From NCBI GenBank assembly GCA_030765185.1, contig JAVCDE010000031.1, forward strand, positions 4,650-68,649: a stretch of DNA of 64,000 bases, in the 5' to 3' direction. This document shows, one piece after another, positions 60,516 through 64,000 of the stretch. Below the pieces are notes generated by a model. The model was not told the origin of the DNA and ran no database searches. It saw nothing but the letters and a program-made list of their open reading frames with translations. The number at the start of each line of letters is the position of its first letter. Within the stretch, counting starts at the first letter, position 1. The translations under genes were made by a program, and so were the position numbers. The DNA is from Candidatus Aceula meridiana. GTDB taxonomy: Bacteria; Omnitrophota; Gorgyraeia; Zapsychrales; Aceulaceae.

Positions 60516-61562
60516 TTAAAATTGCTTAAGAAATCTTATATCGTTTTCAAAAAACAGCCGGATATCATGAATACCGTGTTTAAGCATGGCAATGCGTTCA
60601 ACGCCCATGCCAAAAGCTAGTCCTTCATACTTACCCTTAGGATATTTAACAGCTTCAAAAACTTTTGGATGTACCATTCCACAACCTAAAATCTCAAGCC
60701 ACCCTTTTCGTCCGCAAGTCGAGCATCCTTTTCCACCGCAGATATAGCAGGAAATATCCACCTCTGCTGATGGTTCAGTAAAAGGGAAAAAATGTGGACG
60801 AAAACGCATTTTGATATTCTCCCCAAAAAATCTTTTGCAAAAAGCCGTTAGCAACCCTTTAAGATCTGCAAACTTTATATCTTCATCAACCAAAAGCCCT
60901 TCAATCTGATGGAACATAAATGAATGGCTAGCATCGACAGCGTCGGGGCGATACACTTTTCCGGGGCTTACAACAGCCAAAGGGGGTTTATGGTTTTGCA
61001 TGACGCGAATTTGAGCAGGCGATGTCTGGCTGCGTAAAAGTAAATTTCTATCTTTGGCGCCTGGGTCTTTTTGTTCCAAATAAAATGTGTCAAACGCATC
61101 ACGAGAGGGATGGTCTATCGGAATATTAAGAGCTGTAAAATTATTAAATTCAGTTTCAATTTCAGGTCCTTCAAAAATCGCAAATCCTAATTTTTCAAAA
61201 ATCGCGCAAATGTCTCTTGTCGTCTGCGATAAAATGTGCGCATGTCCTAATTCTTGAAAAACACCCGGGATTGTAACATCAACAGCGTCGAGGCCTGCCT
61301 TCTTTTTTGTCTGCATCGTTTGGAGTTCTTGCTTTTTAGATGCAATCGCCTCTGTGACTTGAGAGCGCAAGTCGTTAGCGCCTTTTCCAATCAGAGGTTT
61401 TTCTTGTGGAGAGGCCTGCGTTAAACTACCATAAATTTCTGCAACCAAGCCCTTTTTACCAAGATATTTTATGCGAAAACTTTCTAAAACCTGCAAATTT
61501 TCAGCCGAAGCGATTTCTTGCTGAGACGTTGTGATAAGTTGTTCAAAATTCCAAGAGGTCAT
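60516..61562 (-). CDS. pheS: Phenylalanine--tRNA ligase alpha subunit.
   Basis: FHQIEGL motif 2 and class II aaRS motifs. Confidence 0.9.
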   Translation of the reverse strand: MTSWNFEQLITTSQQEIASAENLQVLESFRIKYLGKKGLVAEIYGSLTQASPQEKPLIGKGANDLRSQVTEAIASKKQELQTMQTKKKAGLDAVDVTIPGVFQELGHAHILSQTTRDICAIFEKLGFAIFEGPEIETEFNNFTALNIPIDHPSRDAFDTFYLEQKDPGAKDRNLLLRSQTSPAQIRVMQNHKPPLAVVSPGKVYRPDAVDASHSFMFHQIEGLLVDEDIKFADLKGLLTAFCKRFFGENIKMRFRPHFFPFTEPSAEVDISCYICGGKGCSTCGRKGWLEILGCGMVHPKVFEAVKYPKGKYEGLAFGMGVERIAMLKHGIHDIRLFFENDIRFLKQF

Positions 61563-61632
61563 AATAATATTCTTAAATGTTAATTTGTTTTATTACTATA
61601 CTACAAAAAATAGATTTATAAAAAGATAAATA

Positions 61633-63087
61633 TTATTTACGCCAAGTCGCCGGTAAAAATAAAATCAAAATCGAATAAAGCTCTAAGCGGCCGGCAAGCA
61701 TTAAAAACGTCAAAATCCATTTGCTGGGGAGGGAAAACCACGCATAGCTTTGTGTAGCTCCTACCATGCCTAAACCAGGGCCGATGTTTGCTAAAGACGC
61801 AATTGAGGCGGATGAGGCAGTAGCAAAATCGCAGCCATCGATAGCCGCCAAGGCAAGGGCACCAAAAACAAAAAGAAAAATAAAAATCACCACATAAGAC
61901 AAGACCCCTAAAACGATCTTCGGCGGAACAGGGTCTTCGTCAACTTTTATCGGAATAACCGAATTTGGAAAAATAGCATGCACGATTGATTTTATGGCAA
62001 CTTTAATCGTTATAAAAATTCGGATGACTTTGATGCCTCCCCCTGTGGAGCCAGCGCACCCTCCGATAAACATCGCAACCACCAAGGCAATACGCAAGAC
62101 ATTCGGCCAGAGGTCAAAATCTGCCGTGACATATCCTGTCGTAGTCATAATCGAAACAACCTGAAAAGCAGCTGTGCGCACGGGAATGGTTGCATCAACT
62201 TGCATTTTTAAAACAAAGGTCGTAACCGCAATAAGGCTTAACAAAATTAAAAAATACCAACGAAATTCTTCGCTTCTTAAAAAAGCTTTTGCTTTTCCTT
62301 TTAATGCTTGATAATGCAAAATAAAATTCGTTCCGGCTAAGAACATAAAGACAATAACAACCCATTGAACGTAAGGAGAAAATGCGCCGATGCTTTCGGT
62401 TCTCGTCGAAAACCCTCCTGTGGCCATGGTCCCAAAAGTATGACAAAGCGAATCAAACCACGAAAGCCCCCCCACTTTTAAAAGCAACGTTTCTAAAAGG
62501 GATAATGTAAAATAAACGCCCCATAATGCTTTCGCTGTTTCTTTAACACGAGGCTGAACACGCTCAGCAGTCGGCCCAGGCGCTTCAGCTTTATAAAGTC
62601 GGAAAGCCCCCTGCCCTAAAATCGGCAAAAGCGCCAAATACAAAACAATGATTCCCATGCCGCCGAGCCAATGCGTTAAGCTTCTCCAAAACAAAAGCCC
62701 AAGGGGAAGCCCTTCAATGTTTGTAATAATCGTTGCCCCCGTCGTGGTAAAACCACTCGCTGTCTCAAAAATGGCATCTGTAAAAGAGGCAACTGAACCG
62801 GATAGAAAAAAAGGCAACGCCCCGAACAAAGACAATACAATCCATGAAAGCCCAACAACAGCCAAACCATCTTTGGCGTTTAAATGTTCGATGTCATCAG
62901 GAGAAATTGGAAGTATCCTGCGAAAAATAATCGAAACCAAAAAACCGAGCGAAATAGTAATGACAAAAGCAAAAAATTCGACGCTATAGCCTGCGCCGTA
63001 ATATGCCCACCCTAAGGGGATAAACATCATAAAGCTCACAACCAAGAGGATGCGAGCAATAATGCTTAAAACAATTTTTTTATGCAT
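61633..63087 (-). CDS. trkH: Trk/Ktr-type potassium transporter membrane subunit.
   Basis: 484 aa with repeated M1-P-M2 units and GxG selectivity-like motifs (TTTGYG-like TTGAT). Confidence 0.9.
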   Translation of the reverse strand: MHKKIVLSIIARILLVVSFMMFIPLGWAYYGAGYSVEFFAFVITISLGFLVSIIFRRILPISPDDIEHLNAKDGLAVVGLSWIVLSLFGALPFFLSGSVASFTDAIFETASGFTTTGATIITNIEGLPLGLLFWRSLTHWLGGMGIIVLYLALLPILGQGAFRLYKAEAPGPTAERVQPRVKETAKALWGVYFTLSLLETLLLKVGGLSWFDSLCHTFGTMATGGFSTRTESIGAFSPYVQWVVIVFMFLAGTNFILHYQALKGKAKAFLRSEEFRWYFLILLSLIAVTTFVLKMQVDATIPVRTAAFQVVSIMTTTGYVTADFDLWPNVLRIALVVAMFIGGCAGSTGGGIKVIRIFITIKVAIKSIVHAIFPNSVIPIKVDEDPVPPKIVLGVLSYVVIFIFLFVFGALALAAIDGCDFATASSASIASLANIGPGLGMVGATQSYAWFSLPSKWILTFLMLAGRLELYSILILFLPATWRK

Positions 63088-63102
63088 AATGGATTTTTAT
63101 GT

Positions 63103-64000
63103 TTAAAGAAACTTTTTTCGAGTAAAAAGCTTTTGAATTTTTGGCACACAATCTTCATGACAGAAAACAATGGTTTCCTCTCCTGCGTTGATTTTTGTGT
63201 TGCCGTCGGCTAAAAAAGCCTCATTCTCGCGGAAAACCGCTCCCACAATACAATTTTGAGGAAATTTTATGTCTTTTAAAGAAGCTCTGGTAATTGGCGA
63301 ATCTCTCTCAGGCACAAGCTCAAGGGCTTCGGCGTTGCATCCAACGATCTTAATAACCGCGTTAACCCCACGTCCACGGACAAGACGTAAAATTTGATCA
63401 ACAGCTAAAAACCGCGGATTGATCATAAGGTCGATATCTAAAGAATCTTTAATCGCTAAGAAATCAGGCTGCTGAGTTACAATAATTGTTTTCTTAGCGC
63501 CCATACGCTTCGCTAACACAGCACAAACTAAATTGGAATGATCACTTGCCGAGGCTGAAATAAAAACATCCGCCACTTCTACTCCGCATTCTTTTAAAAT
63601 CTCTGCCTCCGAGGGAGAACCGTTAAAAACCCTGACATTATTAAGGCGCCCGGCAAGACTATTTGCAATGTTTTCGTTTTCTTCTAAAATAACAACTTCC
63701 TTTGCATAGCCTAATAGGTCTCGGGCAATTCTTTCTCCCATAATTGTTGCGCCATAAATAATAACTTTCTCAGGGCGCCTCACGTCAGGGTCAACAAATG
63801 CTAAAAATTCTCCCAATGAATTCGTTGGCAAAAGAACATAAATACGGTCTTTTTCTTCTACAATGGTGTTTCCTTTAGGAATAATGACTTCTGCCTCTCG
63901 TTTAATTGCGATAATTAAAAAAGGCCAAGGAGAATATTCATCTTTTAAATCTCCTACGCGCATATGCCTCAAAGGGGATTTCTCAGAAATAACGAAAGAA
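63103..64000 (-). CDS. trkA: Potassium uptake protein TrkA (RCK_N/RCK_C). The 5' end is truncated by the window edge.
   Basis: KVIIYGATIMGERIARDL Rossmann motif. The frame stays open to position 64000, and the listed start is TTG. Confidence 0.85.
   Translation of the reverse strand, partial: SFVISEKSPLRHMRVGDLKDEYSPWPFLIIAIKREAEVIIPKGNTIVEEKDRIYVLLPTNSLGEFLAFVDPDVRRPEKVIIYGATIMGERIARDLLGYAKEVVILEENENIANSLAGRLNNVRVFNGSPSEAEILKECGVEVADVFISASASDHSNLVCAVLAKRMGAKKTIIVTQQPDFLAIKDSLDIDLMINPRFLAVDQILRLVRGRGVNAVIKIVGCNAEALELVPERDSPITRASLKDIKFPQNCIVGAVFRENEAFLADGNTKINAGEETIVFCHEDCVPKIQKLFTRKKFL

Noticed and set aside
1-64000. CRISPR arrays, IS elements, integrases and phage blocks.
   Set aside because: No regularly spaced direct repeats, transposase-like or integrase-like ORFs, or terminal inverted repeats were seen. 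The direct repeats at 26503/26623 are 19 nt, occur twice only, and sit inside a leader.

Overview
This window is an AT-rich bacterial chromosomal segment in which almost every gene lies on the minus strand; only two clear CDS (a receiver-only response regulator and an LhgO-like FAD oxidoreductase) are on the plus strand. Positions ~3.2-25.6 kb form a large nitrogen/glutamine block: pyrG, purF, carB, carA, gltD, gltB, a small Fis-like HTH, nadE, a class I glutamine amidotransferase, type III glutamine synthetase (glnN), and two tandem amt-glnK pairs. The block is preceded by an outer-membrane beta-barrel gene and a GAF-GAF-ANTAR RNA-binding regulator. The leaders of both amt units carry sigma70-like promoters followed by intrinsic-terminator hairpins, hexaloop hairpins, direct repeats and a shared motif, which together look like an ANTAR-type antitermination circuit. 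Next comes an alpha-glucan module: a GH65 phosphorylase with beta-phosphoglucomutase, malQ, a GH57 enzyme and glgB. Embedded in that module is an unusual signalling operon: a multi-PAS sensor kinase, receiver-only regulators, and a GspE/PilB ATPase fused to a receiver domain. The rest of the window holds housekeeping genes (gltX with tRNA-Gln, PilZ, ymdB, rny, MTHFS, pheT, pheS, trkH, trkA), tRNA-Leu, an rpe gene translationally coupled to an Flp-type pilin, and a glycine-rich secreted protein inserted between pheS and pheT. Three non-coding elements stand out. One is a promoter- and terminator-bounded sRNA candidate of ~160 nt immediately upstream of the MTHFS gene, the position 6S RNA occupies in E. 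coli. The second is a ~145-nt multi-hairpin element upstream of pgmB. The third is a bulged GC hairpin present in three copies with compensatory base changes. No CRISPR arrays or recognisable mobile elements were seen.
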